DNA from: an uncultured Chitinophagaceae bacterium
GTDB taxonomy: Bacteria; Bacteroidota; Ignavibacteria; UBA10030; UBA8401
Direction of reading: 5' to 3'
NCBI GenBank assembly: GCA_964439265.1
Contig: CAYTOA010000005.1
Location: 9,865 to 73,864, forward strand
DNA: 64,000 nt
A program made the translations under genes and the position numbers. Position 1 is the stretch's first letter. Every line of letters begins with the position of its first letter. Under the pieces are notes generated by a model. That model did not search any database. It was given only the letters and a program-made list of their open reading frames with translations, and was not told the DNA's origin. Shown piece by piece: positions 9,462 to 20,900 of this stretch.

Positions 9462-12400
9462 ATGTTTCTAAACCAAACCAATATGAAGGGAAAACGAGAA
9501 ATGATTTCGAAACCAGCAACAAAGAAGGCCGGAAGCAAAAGGTCGGGGTCTCACCAGGATGCAGCGATGGCAGAGATACTTCGTCTTGCTGAAGCGGCAA
9601 AAGCGGGGCGACTTGCAGAGCGAGCCGACCTCACAAAAGTTGACGGCGATGCCAGGGAGCTCCTCCAGGGCGTCAACGAAATGCTTGATGCGGTTATTAT
9701 GCCGCTCAATGTTACCGCCAAGTATGTCGACGACATCAGCAAAGGCGTAATTCCTCCGGTCATCACCGACAACTACAACGGTGATTTTAACGTCATCAAA
9801 ACCAACCTGAATTCAGTTGTGAAGATGATGAGCGACCTGTTGTCCGAGACGGATAAATTAGTCAAAGCGACAGTAGACGGCAAATTATCGACTCGCGGTG
9901 ACTCTGCCAAATTTTCGGGCGGCTGGGGTATGTTGGTCGGCGGAGTCAATAACCTCGTCGATGCATTTGTCAGGCCGATCAACGTTACAGCGGAATATGT
10001 CGACCGGATTTCCAAAGGCGACATTCCCCCGAAGATCGTCGATACATACAATGGCGATTTCAACGAGATCAAGAACAATCTTAACGCATGTATCGATACG
10101 ATGACTGGTCTGCTTGTCGAGACCGATACATTAATCAAAGCAACGGTCGAAGGCAGGCTTTCAGTGCGCGCCGAAGCGGGCAAATTTGCCGGCGGCTGGG
10201 GCAAACTGGTCGGCGGTGTCAACAACCTCGTCGATGCATTTGTCAGGCCGATCAACGTTACAGCGGAATATGTCGATCGCATTTCCAAAGGCGACATCCC
10301 GCCGAAGATCGTCGATACGTACAACGGCGATTTCAACGAGATCAAAAACAATTTGAACGCCTGTATCGACACGATGACCGGACTGCTGGTTGAGACCGAT
10401 ATGTTAATCAAGGCGACGGTAGAAGGTAAATTGTCGACACGCGGCGACGCAGCGAAATTTGCCGGCGGTTGGGGCAAATTGGTCGGCGGAGTTAACAACC
10501 TCGTCGATGCGTTTGTCAGACCGATCAACGTCACAGCAGAATATGTCGACCGGATTTCCAAAGGCGACATTCCGCCGAAGATCGTGGATACGTACAACGG
10601 CGATTTCAACGAGATCAAGAACAATCTTAACGCTTGCATCGATACGATGAGCGGACTGCTTGTCGAGACCGATATGTTAATCAAAGCGACAGTTGAAGGT
10701 AGGCTTTCGGTGCGCGCTGAAGCGGGCAAATTTGCCGGCGGCTGGGGCAAATTGGTTGGCGGAGTTAACAACCTCGTCGATGCATTTGTCAGACCGATCA
10801 ACGTTACGGCAGAATATGTCGACCGCATCTCCAAAGGCGACATCCCGCCAAAGATCGTCGATACGTACAACGGTGATTTTAACGAGATCAAGAATAACCT
10901 TAACGCCTGTATCGATACGATGAGCGGACTGCTTGTCGAGACCGATATGTTAATCAAAGCGACAGTTGAAGGTAGGCTTTCGGTGCGCGCTGAAGCGGGC
11001 AAATTTGCCGGCGGCTGGGGCAAATTGGTTGGCGGAGTTAACAACCTCGTCGATGCATTTGTCAGACCGATCAACGTTACGGCAGAATATGTCGACCGCA
11101 TCTCCAAAGGCGACATCCCGCCAAAGATCGTTGATACATACAACGGTGATTTTAACGAGATCAAAAACAACCTTAACGCCTGTATCGATACGATGACTGG
11201 TCTCCTGGTTGAAACAGATACGTTAATCAAAGCGACAGTTGAGGGCAGATTATCAGTGCGCGCAGAAGCAGGCAAATTTGCCGGCGGCTGGGGCAAACTG
11301 GTCGGCGGAGTAAACAACCTCGTCGATGCATTTGTCAGACCGATCAACGTTACGGCAGAATATGTCGACCGCATCTCCAAAGGCGACATCCCGCCAAAGA
11401 TCGTTGATACATACAATGGCGATTTCAATGAGATCAAGAATAACCTTAATGCCTGTATCGATACGATGAGCGGACTATTAACAGAAACAGACAAACTCAT
11501 TAAGGCCACGGTTGAAGGAAAATTGTCGACACGCGGAGACGCGGACAAGTTCGCCGGCGGCTGGGGCAAACTGATCGGCGGAGTCAACAACCTCGTCGAT
11601 GCATTTGTCAGGCCGATCAATGTGACGGCAGAATATGTCGACCGGATATCCAAAGGCGATATCCCGCCAAAGATCGTTGATACATACAATGGCGATTTCA
11701 ATGAGATCAAGAATAACCTTAATGCCTGTATCGATACGATGAGCGGACTATTAACAGAAACAGACAAACTCATTAAGGCCACGGTTGAAGGAAAATTGTC
11801 GACACGCGGAGACGCGGACAAGTTCGCCGGCGGCTGGGGCAAACTGATCGGCGGAGTCAACAACCTCGTCGATGCATTTGTCAGGCCGATCAATGTGACG
11901 GCAGAATATGTCGACCGGATATCCAAAGGCGATATCCCGCCAAAGATCGTTGACGTTTACAATGGCGACTTTAACGAGATCAAGAACAATCTGAACGCCT
12001 GTATCGATACGATGAGCGGTCTGCTCGTCGAGACCGATATTCTAATCAAAGCGACAGTTGAAGGCAAGCTTTCAGTGCGCGCAGAAGCGGGCAAATTTGC
12101 CGGCGGCTGGGGCAAACTGGTCGGCGGAGTTAACACTCTCGTCGATGCGTTTGTCAAACCGATCAACGTTACGGCGGAATATGTCGACCGGATTTCCAAA
12201 GGCGACATCCCGCCGAAGATCACCGATACCTACCATGGTGATTTCAATGCGATCAAGAGCAACCTGAATGCTTGCATCGACACGATGACTGGCCTTTTGG
12301 CTGAGACAGACATGTTGATCAAGGCGACGGTTGAAGGTCGATTGGCAGTACGCGGCGAAACGGGCAAATTTGCAGGCGGTTGGAGTAAACTTGTCGGCGG

Positions 12401-13826
12401 AGTGAACACTCTTGTCGATGCGTTTGTGAAACCGATCAACGTTACAGCTGAATATGTCGATCGAATCTCCAAAGGCGACATCCCGCCAAAAATCACCGAT
12501 GTATACCAGGGCGATTTCAACGAGATCAAGACCAACCTGAACCAGGCCATTAACGCAATAAACTTATTGGTTTCGGATGGCGTCACGCTTGCGCAAGCGG
12601 GCATCGAAGGGAAGTTGGCCACACGTACCGATGCGACGAAGCATCAGGGCGACTTCCGCAAGATCGTCGAAGGAACCAACAACCTGTTGGATGCGGTGAT
12701 CAAGCCGATCCAGGAGGCCGCTGAAGTGTTGGCAGAGCTTGCGAAAGGTGACCTGACGGCACGTATTGAAGGTCAATATCAAGGCGAGCATGCGATGATC
12801 AAGGACAGCATCAATGAGATGAGCGAATCTCTGGATCGCGCAATGAGAGAAGTAGGAGAAGCGGTCAGTGCGACGGCGAGCGCCTCAAGCCAGATCAGTT
12901 CGAGCAGCGAGGAGATGGCAGCAGGAGCTCAAGAGCAAACGAGCCAGGCAGCCGAAGTCGCGAGCGCGGTCGAAGAAATGACAAAGACGATCGTCGAGAA
13001 CTCGAAGAATGCAAGCGACACCGCCGGAACAGCGAAAGAAGCCAAGGGCGCTGCCGAAGCCGGAGGCAAGGTCGTGGAAGAGACCATCACCGGTATGAGG
13101 CAGATCGCCGAGGTTGTTAAGAAATCGGCCGGGACGGTTCAGGAGCTTGGCAAGTCGAGCGATCAGATCGGAGAGATCATCGGAGTGATCGATGATATCG
13201 CCGATCAGACGAACCTGCTGGCGTTGAATGCTGCCATCGAGGCGGCACGAGCCGGAGAACAAGGAAGAGGGTTCGCCGTGGTTGCCGATGAAGTCAGGAA
13301 ACTGGCCGAACGGACGACCAAAGCAACTAAGGAAATCGCCGGTATGATCAAAAAGATTCAGCTCGATACCAAGGGCGCCGTTGAGTCGATGGACGAAGGC
13401 ACCAAGAAGGTCGATGCGGGGATCGCGTTGGCAGACAAGGCTGGCATTTCGCTGCATGAAATCGTCGGGATCAGTCAGAAGGTAACGGACATGGTCACTC
13501 AGATCGCAGCAGCAAGTGAGGAGCAGTCGAGTGCAAGCGAGCAGATTTCCAAGAACGTTGAGGGAATCAGCGCGGTAACAGGCGAGACGGCTCAAGGTGT
13601 TCAGCAGATCGCAAGAGCTGCCGAAGACCTGAATCGTTTGACAGCCAACCTCGAACTTTTGGTTTCGAAGTTCAAGTTGTCCAGCGACAGTTCTGCCCAG
13701 CGCACTACCGGGCACAAGCCTGCAGGGACTTCAGGAAAATCATCCATGAAGGCTATGTCAGGACCGGCTAAGTCGAAGATCGCAGTACGCGAGAATGGGA
13801 AGATTGTGCCGCTCGATCAACAATGA
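9462..13826 (+). CDS. Soluble methyl-accepting chemotaxis protein with a poly-HAMP array (~23 HAMP-like units) and a C-terminal MCP signalling domain
   Basis: No N-terminal transmembrane segment. Eleven tandem 91-aa units, each made of two alternating HAMP-like halves ([43 protein letters not shown] and [44 protein letters not shown]). One canonical HAMP follows ([18 protein letters not shown]). MCP signature [35 protein letters not shown]. Confidence 0.9.
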   Translation: MFLNQTNMKGKREMISKPATKKAGSKRSGSHQDAAMAEILRLAEAAKAGRLAERADLTKVDGDARELLQGVNEMLDAVIMPLNVTAKYVDDISKGVIPPVITDNYNGDFNVIKTNLNSVVKMMSDLLSETDKLVKATVDGKLSTRGDSAKFSGGWGMLVGGVNNLVDAFVRPINVTAEYVDRISKGDIPPKIVDTYNGDFNEIKNNLNACIDTMTGLLVETDTLIKATVEGRLSVRAEAGKFAGGWGKLVGGVNNLVDAFVRPINVTAEYVDRISKGDIPPKIVDTYNGDFNEIKNNLNACIDTMTGLLVETDMLIKATVEGKLSTRGDAAKFAGGWGKLVGGVNNLVDAFVRPINVTAEYVDRISKGDIPPKIVDTYNGDFNEIKNNLNACIDTMSGLLVETDMLIKATVEGRLSVRAEAGKFAGGWGKLVGGVNNLVDAFVRPINVTAEYVDRISKGDIPPKIVDTYNGDFNEIKNNLNACIDTMSGLLVETDMLIKATVEGRLSVRAEAGKFAGGWGKLVGGVNNLVDAFVRPINVTAEYVDRISKGDIPPKIVDTYNGDFNEIKNNLNACIDTMTGLLVETDTLIKATVEGRLSVRAEAGKFAGGWGKLVGGVNNLVDAFVRPINVTAEYVDRISKGDIPPKIVDTYNGDFNEIKNNLNACIDTMSGLLTETDKLIKATVEGKLSTRGDADKFAGGWGKLIGGVNNLVDAFVRPINVTAEYVDRISKGDIPPKIVDTYNGDFNEIKNNLNACIDTMSGLLTETDKLIKATVEGKLSTRGDADKFAGGWGKLIGGVNNLVDAFVRPINVTAEYVDRISKGDIPPKIVDVYNGDFNEIKNNLNACIDTMSGLLVETDILIKATVEGKLSVRAEAGKFAGGWGKLVGGVNTLVDAFVKPINVTAEYVDRISKGDIPPKITDTYHGDFNAIKSNLNACIDTMTGLLAETDMLIKATVEGRLAVRGETGKFAGGWSKLVGGVNTLVDAFVKPINVTAEYVDRISKGDIPPKITDVYQGDFNEIKTNLNQAINAINLLVSDGVTLAQAGIEGKLATRTDATKHQGDFRKIVEGTNNLLDAVIKPIQEAAEVLAELAKGDLTARIEGQYQGEHAMIKDSINEMSESLDRAMREVGEAVSATASASSQISSSSEEMAAGAQEQTSQAAEVASAVEEMTKTIVENSKNASDTAGTAKEAKGAAEAGGKVVEETITGMRQIAEVVKKSAGTVQELGKSSDQIGEIIGVIDDIADQTNLLALNAAIEAARAGEQGRGFAVVADEVRKLAERTTKATKEIAGMIKKIQLDTKGAVESMDEGTKKVDAGIALADKAGISLHEIVGISQKVTDMVTQIAAASEEQSSASEQISKNVEGISAVTGETAQGVQQIARAAEDLNRLTANLELLVSKFKLSSDSSAQRTTGHKPAGTSGKSSMKAMSGPAKSKIAVRENGKIVPLDQQ
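9687..12692 (+). repeat. Tandem array of 11 copies of a 273-bp unit (coding, in frame) inside the MCP gene; several copies are near-identical at the DNA level
   Basis: Identical spurious-frame ORF translations at 10693-10923 and 10966-11196 sit exactly 273 bp apart, so those copies are near-identical. The encoded 91-aa unit repeats 11 times. The repeat also generates a 717-aa antisense artefact ORF. Confidence 0.9.
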
Positions 13827-13841
13827 TAATTCATCCCTTCG

Positions 13842-13872
13842 CTCCCCTTTGTCTTCGTACGACAAAGGGGAG
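13842..13872 (+). terminator. Stem-loop (12-bp stem ctcccctttgtc / gacaaaggggag, 7-nt loop) 16 nt after the MCP stop; no U-tract
   Basis: Perfect inverted repeat read directly from the sequence. Not followed by a T-run, so it may be an RNA-stability hairpin or weak terminator rather than a canonical intrinsic terminator. Confidence 0.35.
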
Positions 13873-14026
13873 ACGGGTAGGGAGACTCGACAGGACCAAA
13901 TCATAGAGATTGTCGGCAGCTTGCTCAAGATTTTGCAAGCGTGCCAAATTCCAAGTCGGGATATAAAAGAGACAGTCCATTTTTTTTCAAGGGCGTTAGC
14001 CCAAACACAACATAGGAGACAACGAA

Positions 14027-14521
14027 ATGTCCGGAACAACAACAGACATCAAAGGAGCGACACAGGGCAAATCGGAAGAGTTGATCCAGTTGGTGAGTTT
14101 CAACATCGGTGACGAAGAGTTCGGTGTTGATATCCTGAAAGTGCAAGAGATCAATCGTATGCTTGACGTAACCCGCGTGCCGAACGCCCCGGAGTACGTG
14201 GACGGAGTGATCAACCTAAGAGGGAAGGTCATTCCTATCATAGATTTGCGACGGCGGTTCCAAATGGAGCGCAAAGAGCACGATAAGAATACCCGTATTG
14301 TCGTCGTCGAACTGAGCGGCAAGGTGGTCGGGTTCGTTGTTGACGCCGTGAGCGAAGTATTGAGGATCCCGAAGAGCGTTACCGAAGCACCGCCGCCGAT
14401 GGTGGCCGGAGTTGATGCGTCCTATATCACCGCAGTAGGTAAACTCGAAGACCGGCTGCTCATCTTATTGGACCTCGAAAAAGTTCTTTCAAACGAGGAC
14501 CAAAAAGCGTTGGCGGCATAA
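14027..14521 (+). CDS. cheW: Chemotaxis coupling protein CheW
   Basis: CheW domain: LVSFNIGDEEFGVDILKVQEI...VPNAPEYVDGVINLRGKVIPIIDLRRRF. The size (164 aa) is typical. Confidence 0.9.
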   Translation: MSGTTTDIKGATQGKSEELIQLVSFNIGDEEFGVDILKVQEINRMLDVTRVPNAPEYVDGVINLRGKVIPIIDLRRRFQMERKEHDKNTRIVVVELSGKVVGFVVDAVSEVLRIPKSVTEAPPPMVAGVDASYITAVGKLEDRLLILLDLEKVLSNEDQKALAA

Positions 14522-14582
14522 CGGTCAGAGATTCTAGAATGCGTTCCCATTCCTTTCAATTGGATGGGCAGAAACTCGTTCG

Positions 14583-15245
14583 ATGCTGCATTTGAAACTA
14601 GTTGTGAACAATCAGGAACGGAGCTATTTCATGGCATTTACTTTCTTCTTTCGCGACATCACAGTCCTTGATATGATCTCAAAACATGTGATGCCGAATC
14701 TGGCCGGCTACAGCCGGGTCAGGATTTGGGACGGGGGGTGCGCGATGGGGCCGGAGCCATATTCGCTCGCCATAACCCTTGCTGAATCAATGGGGCATTT
14801 TGCCTTCCGCAATATTCATATCGACGCGACGGACATCGATGAGATGGAAGATTTCGGCAAAACCATCGAACTTGGAATCTATCCAAAAGACCAGGTAGAG
14901 CGAATTCCTCCGGATATTTTCGCAAAGTATTTTGTCCCTGCTGAGAAGGAGGGATATTTCCGCATCATCGAATCCGTGAGACAGTCGATTCATTTCCAGC
15001 GTCATGACCTTCTATCGCTCAAGCCAATCGGTGAAGGTTATCATTTGATCGTATGTAAGAATGTACTTCTCCATTTTCACCCAGTCGACCGCGCAAAGGT
15101 GATAAGAATGTTTTATTCCGCCCTCGCTCCCGGCGGATATTTTGCCACCGAGCGGACGCAGGAGATGCCCCAGGAATTGGCTCATCTATTTTCCCAGGTT
15201 TCGTCCGAAGGGCAGTTGTACAAGAAACTGGAAGTTGCAGCGTGA
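14583..15245 (+). CDS. CheR-type SAM-dependent methyltransferase, catalytic domain only (lacks the N-terminal helical domain)
   Basis: FFFRD motif, IWDGGCAMGPEPYSLAI, ATDID, LIVCKNVLLHF and APGGYF all match the CheR methyltransferase fold. An alternative start at the ATG at 14631 has a better RBS (ggag). Confidence 0.65.
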   Translation: MLHLKLVVNNQERSYFMAFTFFFRDITVLDMISKHVMPNLAGYSRVRIWDGGCAMGPEPYSLAITLAESMGHFAFRNIHIDATDIDEMEDFGKTIELGIYPKDQVERIPPDIFAKYFVPAEKEGYFRIIESVRQSIHFQRHDLLSLKPIGEGYHLIVCKNVLLHFHPVDRAKVIRMFYSALAPGGYFATERTQEMPQELAHLFSQVSSEGQLYKKLEVAA

Positions 15246-15853
15246 AAATTCATCTTCTCTCATCACCAAGCGCAGTGTATTCGGGGAACGCTTATCTCGT
15301 CCTCGGAGATTCCAATCGGCTTGATGACGTGAATTCGCTGGTCGATGTTGGTACCGACGGCAGCATATTACGGAGCATCGCTCTTACCTGGACCGGTGTC
15401 GGAAAGAAGCCCGTCGATCGCGTTGTCCTTACGCATTCTCATTTCGACCATGCGGGGGGTCTCTCAAAAATTCGTGAAGCGTATGATCCGGAAATTTGTG
15501 CGTTTGCATTGATTGAGGGAGTAAAGAGGCAACTATTCCACGGCGACATCCTTCTGCTCGGGGATGAATGGTTCGAAGTTCTGCATGCCCCCGAGCATTC
15601 TTCCGACTCAATCTGTCTTTATTCGGAGCGAACGGGAACTCTTTTCTCCGGCGATGCCCCGTTTTTCATACGCAGCCCCGGTGGATCGTATGGAGAGCAT
15701 TTCGTGGTCTTACTCGAAGACCTTTTGCGGCGCGGAGTAAGCGCTATCTATTCGGGTCATGATATTCCAATTGTTAATAACGCAATGCAGATCATTCGTG
15801 ATACGCTTCAGAACGTCATACTGAGCACCGGCACGGCACACATCTCGAAGTAG
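15242..15853 (+). CDS. MBL-fold metallo-hydrolase
   Basis: HxHxDH motif (VLTHSHFDHAGG) plus downstream His/Asp ligands. The GTG start overlaps the upstream stop (GTGA), indicating translational coupling. Confidence 0.7.
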   Translation: MKIHLLSSPSAVYSGNAYLVLGDSNRLDDVNSLVDVGTDGSILRSIALTWTGVGKKPVDRVVLTHSHFDHAGGLSKIREAYDPEICAFALIEGVKRQLFHGDILLLGDEWFEVLHAPEHSSDSICLYSERTGTLFSGDAPFFIRSPGGSYGEHFVVLLEDLLRRGVSAIYSGHDIPIVNNAMQIIRDTLQNVILSTGTAHISK

Positions 15854-15904
15854 CTGGACAATGAACAACCGGAAAACGTTAGACGAAAGAAGAAGAGACA
15901 GACG

Positions 15905-17326
15905 ATGAAACGCAGAGTACTGTCGATAGTGCTGTTGGTTGTATTCGGCGGGGTCGCGAACAGCCAGGATCTCACAAGAGTCGCTGACAGCGCCGCAGTT
16001 ACCGAGAATTCTGCAAAAAATGTGCATGGTAAGGACGTGAGGCAGCGAAAAGTGGTTCTCGCTGCTCTTCGAACCGAAGCCGAAAGGCTTAATGACAAGC
16101 TCGAGCGAACCTCAGCGGTTGCAGCATCCTCTGCGAGCACAGAAAATCAAAAAAACGAGAGCGTGGGATCGCTGGCACAAAGGATCGGAGCACTCGAAAT
16201 AAAGATGGAGAAAAACGAGGAATCGCAGGACTACGCCTTCCTTGCGTCTCAGCTTACATCGCTCATAGATGAACTCAACCGGTCGATCGACGAAACCAAA
16301 GCTCTTCAAATGAATACCGACAAAGTCATCACTTCCGTTCAGCACGCTGCACAATTCGAGGGTCAGGCCTTTTCCTCCTATTCATACACAACCGATGGCA
16401 TTGAAGGGAAGAACGATACTAGGTTCGATTTGGACAGGATGTATCTGACGGCGAAAGTGCAGTTGTTCGATCAGGGGAAGTTTCAATTAACCAGCGACCT
16501 TTTCCGCGACTCTTCCCTGGTTTCTCATTATTCCGGGTTTTCATTGAAAGTGCAATTTGCATTTCTCGATTATTCCCCGGCGGATCCGGTATCGATAAAA
16601 ATCGGCGTGATACCCGGAGTATGGTCGGAATTTATGGATACGTACTGGAAATACCGAGGCTTGTCTCCAAACGTGACGGACAGGAATGGATATTATCCGT
16701 TGGCGGACATAGGTATTCAGGTACTCTATAAGTTGCCCGGGAACATTGGAGATGTCTCCGCATTCATGCTGAATGGAAATGGTTATGCGTCTCCGGAATC
16801 CAATCGTTTCAAGGATTTCGCATTGCGCGCATGCATTGCCCCCTTTCGTTCGGACCCGCTTCTGGCGCAGCTTGTCGTCGCAGCCTATGGTTACAATGGG
16901 TGGAACCAGAATGTTGCCGGCGACGCTCTCCCCCGAAATCGGTACGGCGCAATGGTCAGCTATGGCTACTCATTCGCGACAGCCGGAGTAGAATACGACA
17001 TACGGACAGACGCTCCAACGAACGCAGACACTTTAGTTAACGGCAATGCCCTCTCTGTTTTCGGCGAGATAAAGGCGCCTTGGGTTGAATGGGCAAATAC
17101 CTTTTCATTGGTATGGCGATACGATATTGTGAATCCGGACATTCAGAGGGGTGGAACTGTGAGTCGTTTTGGGATCCTCGGCATCGCCTTCAAACCGCAC
17201 GAGAAACTGACCTTCGTGATCGACAGACAATTGACAAGAACGGAGAGTGCGACTCTAATACGAAATGATGGTGCACTAACCGACTACGATAACCGGTGGT
17301 TTCTTCACGCGCTTGTAACTTTTTAG
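15905..17326 (+). CDS. Secreted/outer-membrane protein: signal peptide, N-terminal coiled coil, C-terminal beta-barrel-like domain ending in Phe (putative porin)
   Basis: Signal peptide MKRRVLSIVLLVVFGGVANSQD. Coiled-coil region to about aa 140. Alternating hydrophobic beta-strand pattern with a terminal ...LVTF, typical of OMP beta-barrels. Confidence 0.5.
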   Translation: MKRRVLSIVLLVVFGGVANSQDLTRVADSAAVTENSAKNVHGKDVRQRKVVLAALRTEAERLNDKLERTSAVAASSASTENQKNESVGSLAQRIGALEIKMEKNEESQDYAFLASQLTSLIDELNRSIDETKALQMNTDKVITSVQHAAQFEGQAFSSYSYTTDGIEGKNDTRFDLDRMYLTAKVQLFDQGKFQLTSDLFRDSSLVSHYSGFSLKVQFAFLDYSPADPVSIKIGVIPGVWSEFMDTYWKYRGLSPNVTDRNGYYPLADIGIQVLYKLPGNIGDVSAFMLNGNGYASPESNRFKDFALRACIAPFRSDPLLAQLVVAAYGYNGWNQNVAGDALPRNRYGAMVSYGYSFATAGVEYDIRTDAPTNADTLVNGNALSVFGEIKAPWVEWANTFSLVWRYDIVNPDIQRGGTVSRFGILGIAFKPHEKLTFVIDRQLTRTESATLIRNDGALTDYDNRWFLHALVTF

Positions 17327-17515
17327 TTAGAATCAAACGAATGCAACATATCAATGTCGCATTGTATCGTGGTTGCAAATTCTACCGCTTCCAGTACTAG
17401 AGATGATCTCATCAACAATTGGGATTCCACGGTCGAGTGTTGATGTTCAGGAAGCTCGATCTTCAAGAAGACATTCAATATCACAGAACATCAAACAACA
17501 GAATGAGGGAAAACT

Positions 17516-17923
17516 ATGCCACTGATGACATGGAAAAACGAGTACAGCGTCAAGATCCAAACGATCGATTCACAACACAAGAAGCTTATCGATCTCCTAA
17601 ACCAAATTTATGATGCATCGCGTTTGGGCAAAGGGAAAGAAGTCCTTGGAAAAATTCTGAACGAGCTTGTTGTCTACACGAAAGTTCACTTTACAACCGA
17701 AGAGGATTTTTTTAAGAAGTTTTCTTATCCCGACTATGTGCTGCATAAGATCGAACACGATAAACTGACAAAACAAGTCACTGACTTTCAGGAGCAGTAT
17801 GAAGCTGGCAATGCAACCCTATCCATAGAAATCATGCAGTTCTTGAAGGATTGGCTAAGCGATCATATCCTCGGCACTGACAAGAAATACGTCGAATTCC
17901 TGCATTCTAAAGGTTTACACTGA
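17516..17923 (+). CDS. Bacteriohemerythrin (HHE cation-binding domain)
   Basis: W..Y..I..QHK..., H-x3-E (HFTTEEDFF), HKIEHDKL and DWLSDHILGTDKKY iron-ligand motifs. 135 aa. RBS gaggga. Confidence 0.85.
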   Translation: MPLMTWKNEYSVKIQTIDSQHKKLIDLLNQIYDASRLGKGKEVLGKILNELVVYTKVHFTTEEDFFKKFSYPDYVLHKIEHDKLTKQVTDFQEQYEAGNATLSIEIMQFLKDWLSDHILGTDKKYVEFLHSKGLH

Positions 17924-17996
17924 ACTACCTCATCCAGATAGAGAGACTAATATCTCGCCGAGGAGGGATTGGAAGAATCGATGGTGGAGCGGGAGG

Positions 17997-20900
17997 TTGC
18001 TTCATCACGGTCGCAGGAAAATAGAGAAGTGCGAATTTTTCACCAACGGATGTTTCACGGCAGAGTCAACAATGGAAATTGCGGAAATGACGAAGAACAG
18101 CCATGCAGAGGAGTCCACCGACGGAATTTGCATGACCGATGAAGAGGGCCGTGTCATCGAATGGAATCATGGCATGCAGGACATCACCGGGATCAACCCA
18201 GAAGAGGTCTTGGGCAGACCATTATGGGACGTGCGATTCCAATTGACTCCGCCGGAAGCTCGCACGGACGATTTATTGAAACGGCTCGAGACTGCCGCGA
18301 TGAATCAGTTGAAAACCGGTAATAGCGAATCGGCGGCCGAATTCGCGGAACAATGGATTCTTCAGCAGGACGGCAGCCGGAAGCTCGTCCTGAAGAATTT
18401 TTTTACCGTGAAGACTCAAACCGGCTATATGATAGGTGCCATAGTCAGAGACATTACATCTGAGAGGAATGCCGAGAATCAACTGCTGTTCTTAAAAAGA
18501 GCAGTAGAAAGCACTTCTTCTGCGGTTCTCCTTTGCGACCTGGAAGGGAGGATAGAGTATGCTAACCCCGGAGCTCTGGCGATGGTAGAGTTCACAGCGG
18601 AGGAGGCAGCTGGAAAGCTATTGTCTGATTTTGGCGATAGCATGGCTAAAGAGAATCTAAGCTCCCAAACTATTCCAGCGCTGAAGAAATCAGGTCAGTG
18701 GTCTGGCGAAGTTAACCTTCAGAAGAGAGACGGAACTCTTGTTCCGATCCATTCTACTTGTGCGCTTGTCTCTGATAGCCATGGCAATCCTCAAGGTCTG
18801 CTGTCAATCTGTTATGACCTTACTCAACGCAAAAAGGCAGAGTCTGCTCTCCAAACGAGCGAGAGTCTACTCTCAAACGCCATGAACATGGCGAATCTGG
18901 GACATTGGGAATACGATGTGGCCGCAGATCTCTTCACCTTCAACGATAATTTCTATTCCATTTTCCGTACGACGGCCGAGAAGGTCGGAGGATATACGAT
19001 GTCCTCTGCCCAATACGCGCAAAGATTTGTCCATCCCGATGACATGTCTGTGGTCAGCACAGAAATTCGGAAAGCGCTTGAGGATCGTGACCCCCAGTTC
19101 GGTGCAACACTGGATCATCGAATAATCTATGCCGACGGTTCGCCCGGCTATATTTCCGTCCGATCCTTCGCTGTCAAGGATGAAGAGCATAAAGCGGTCA
19201 AACTCTACGGAGTCAATCAGGACATCACCGAACGTAAACAACTGGAAGAAGCGCTGCTGAAGAGCAAACAGCGGTATGACAAGCTAGCTTCAACAATTCC
19301 TGTTGGTTTGTACCTTTTGCATAGTAAGCCTGATGAATCATTCACCTTTGACTACGTCAGCCCAAGGATGGCGGAGATTCTCGACCTGAGCGTCGAAAGC
19401 CTTCTTGGAGATGCACAACTTGCGTTTAGCCAAATACTTCTGGAGGACCAGACCTCTTTCGTGAGTGTCAATCGGGAGAGTTTTGAAAAGCAGTGTTCCT
19501 TTGATTGGGAGGGGCGGATTCAGATCAACGGAGCCGTTAAGTGGTTGCACATAGCCTCCACTCCCGAATTGCAGGAGGATGGAGATACTTTGTGGCATGG
19601 TGTCGTCGGCGATCTCACGGATGCCAAGCTAGCAGAGGGGGCACTGAAGGCAAGTGAACGTAGGATCCGTTCGTACATCGAGCATGCGCCCATGGGTGTT
19701 TTCATCATTGACGGTTCCGGATGCATTACTGAAGTGAATCCCCAAGGAATCAAAGTGATCGGGTACTCAGAGATTGAGGTTCTCGGGAGGCCGCTGACGG
19801 ATTTCGTAGTGCCTCAATTCTTGGATAAGGCCGGATGGGACCTCGGTACTGTTGTTACGGGAGGGAATGTCGAGGATGTTCTACAGGCTCGAAGAAAAGA
19901 CGGCTCGTTTGTCTGGATCTCGGTAAACTGCGTGAAGATCGATGACAATCGTTTCATGTCCTTCTGCCAAGACATCACTTCGAATAAACAGGCCGAAATG
20001 GCGTTGGCGGAGAGTGAGGCAAAATATCGCTCCGTTGTTGACGGTGTTAAGGAAGTTATTTTCACGACTGATGCGCAAGGAAATTGGACGTTTCTTAATC
20101 CGGCCTGGGAAGAGATCACAGGATTCACTGTTGAAGAAACCATCGGACAGTTGTTTCTGAACTACCTTCTTCCCGAGGACAGCAAGTTGAACATAGCGCG
20201 ATTTGAACGGTTGATTGAAGAGAAGGAAAACTTCTACCGTCACGAAATTCGTTACAGAACAAAGAGTGGCGGTTTCCGTTGGATAGAAGTGTCTGCACGA
20301 CTGACAAGAGACGAGAACGGTGCGATCACCGGAACCGCCGGAACCCTCATGGATACAACGGAGAGGCACTTGGCAGAAGATGCCCTCAAAGAAGCGAAAG
20401 AGAATCTGGAGTTACGGGTTTCCAAGCGGACAGCAGAACTCCGCCTCGTTGCAGAAGAACTGCACGTCGAACTTGATGAGCGAAAGAAAGTTGAGCAAGC
20501 CCTTAGTGTATCAAAAAAGAGGGTCTCGCTGCACATTCAGCAGACACCTCTTGCTGTGATTGAATGGGACTTGGAACAACGTATTTCGACATGGAACCCT
20601 GGGGCTGAGAAGGTGTTCGGTTATCCTCAGGCAGAAGCCAAGGGGCAACCTGCATCATTCATCGTTCCCGAAACGGAAAAAAAACACTCCATCGAAATGT
20701 TTCAAAAGCAGGTAAGGAATCGGAAGAGTTTGAAGGGTGTTTTTAAGAACATAACGAAGTCCGGAAAGTTGATCACGTGTGAATGGGTCGACACGGTCTT
20801 GGAGGATGAAACAGGAAAGGTTGTTGGTCTGACTTCCATCGCGCAAGACATCACCGAAAGGCTCGATGCGGAGCATCAGCTTCGTATGCTTTCGTACGCG

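Noticed and set aside
9773-11926. 717-aa minus-strand ORF of low-complexity [19 protein letters not shown] repeats
   Set aside because: Antisense read-through of the 273-bp tandem repeats in the MCP gene. The repetitive peptide has no domain features, and the + strand encodes recognisable HAMP units.
12885-13715. 276-aa minus-strand ORF
   Set aside because: Antisense of the MCP signalling domain. The + frame carries the canonical MCP signature.
17997-18070. TTG start of the 1767-aa kinase
   Set aside because: The RBS abuts the TTG with no spacer. The real start is probably a downstream ATG (about 18071-18086), and the annotated coordinate is kept only as the maximal ORF.
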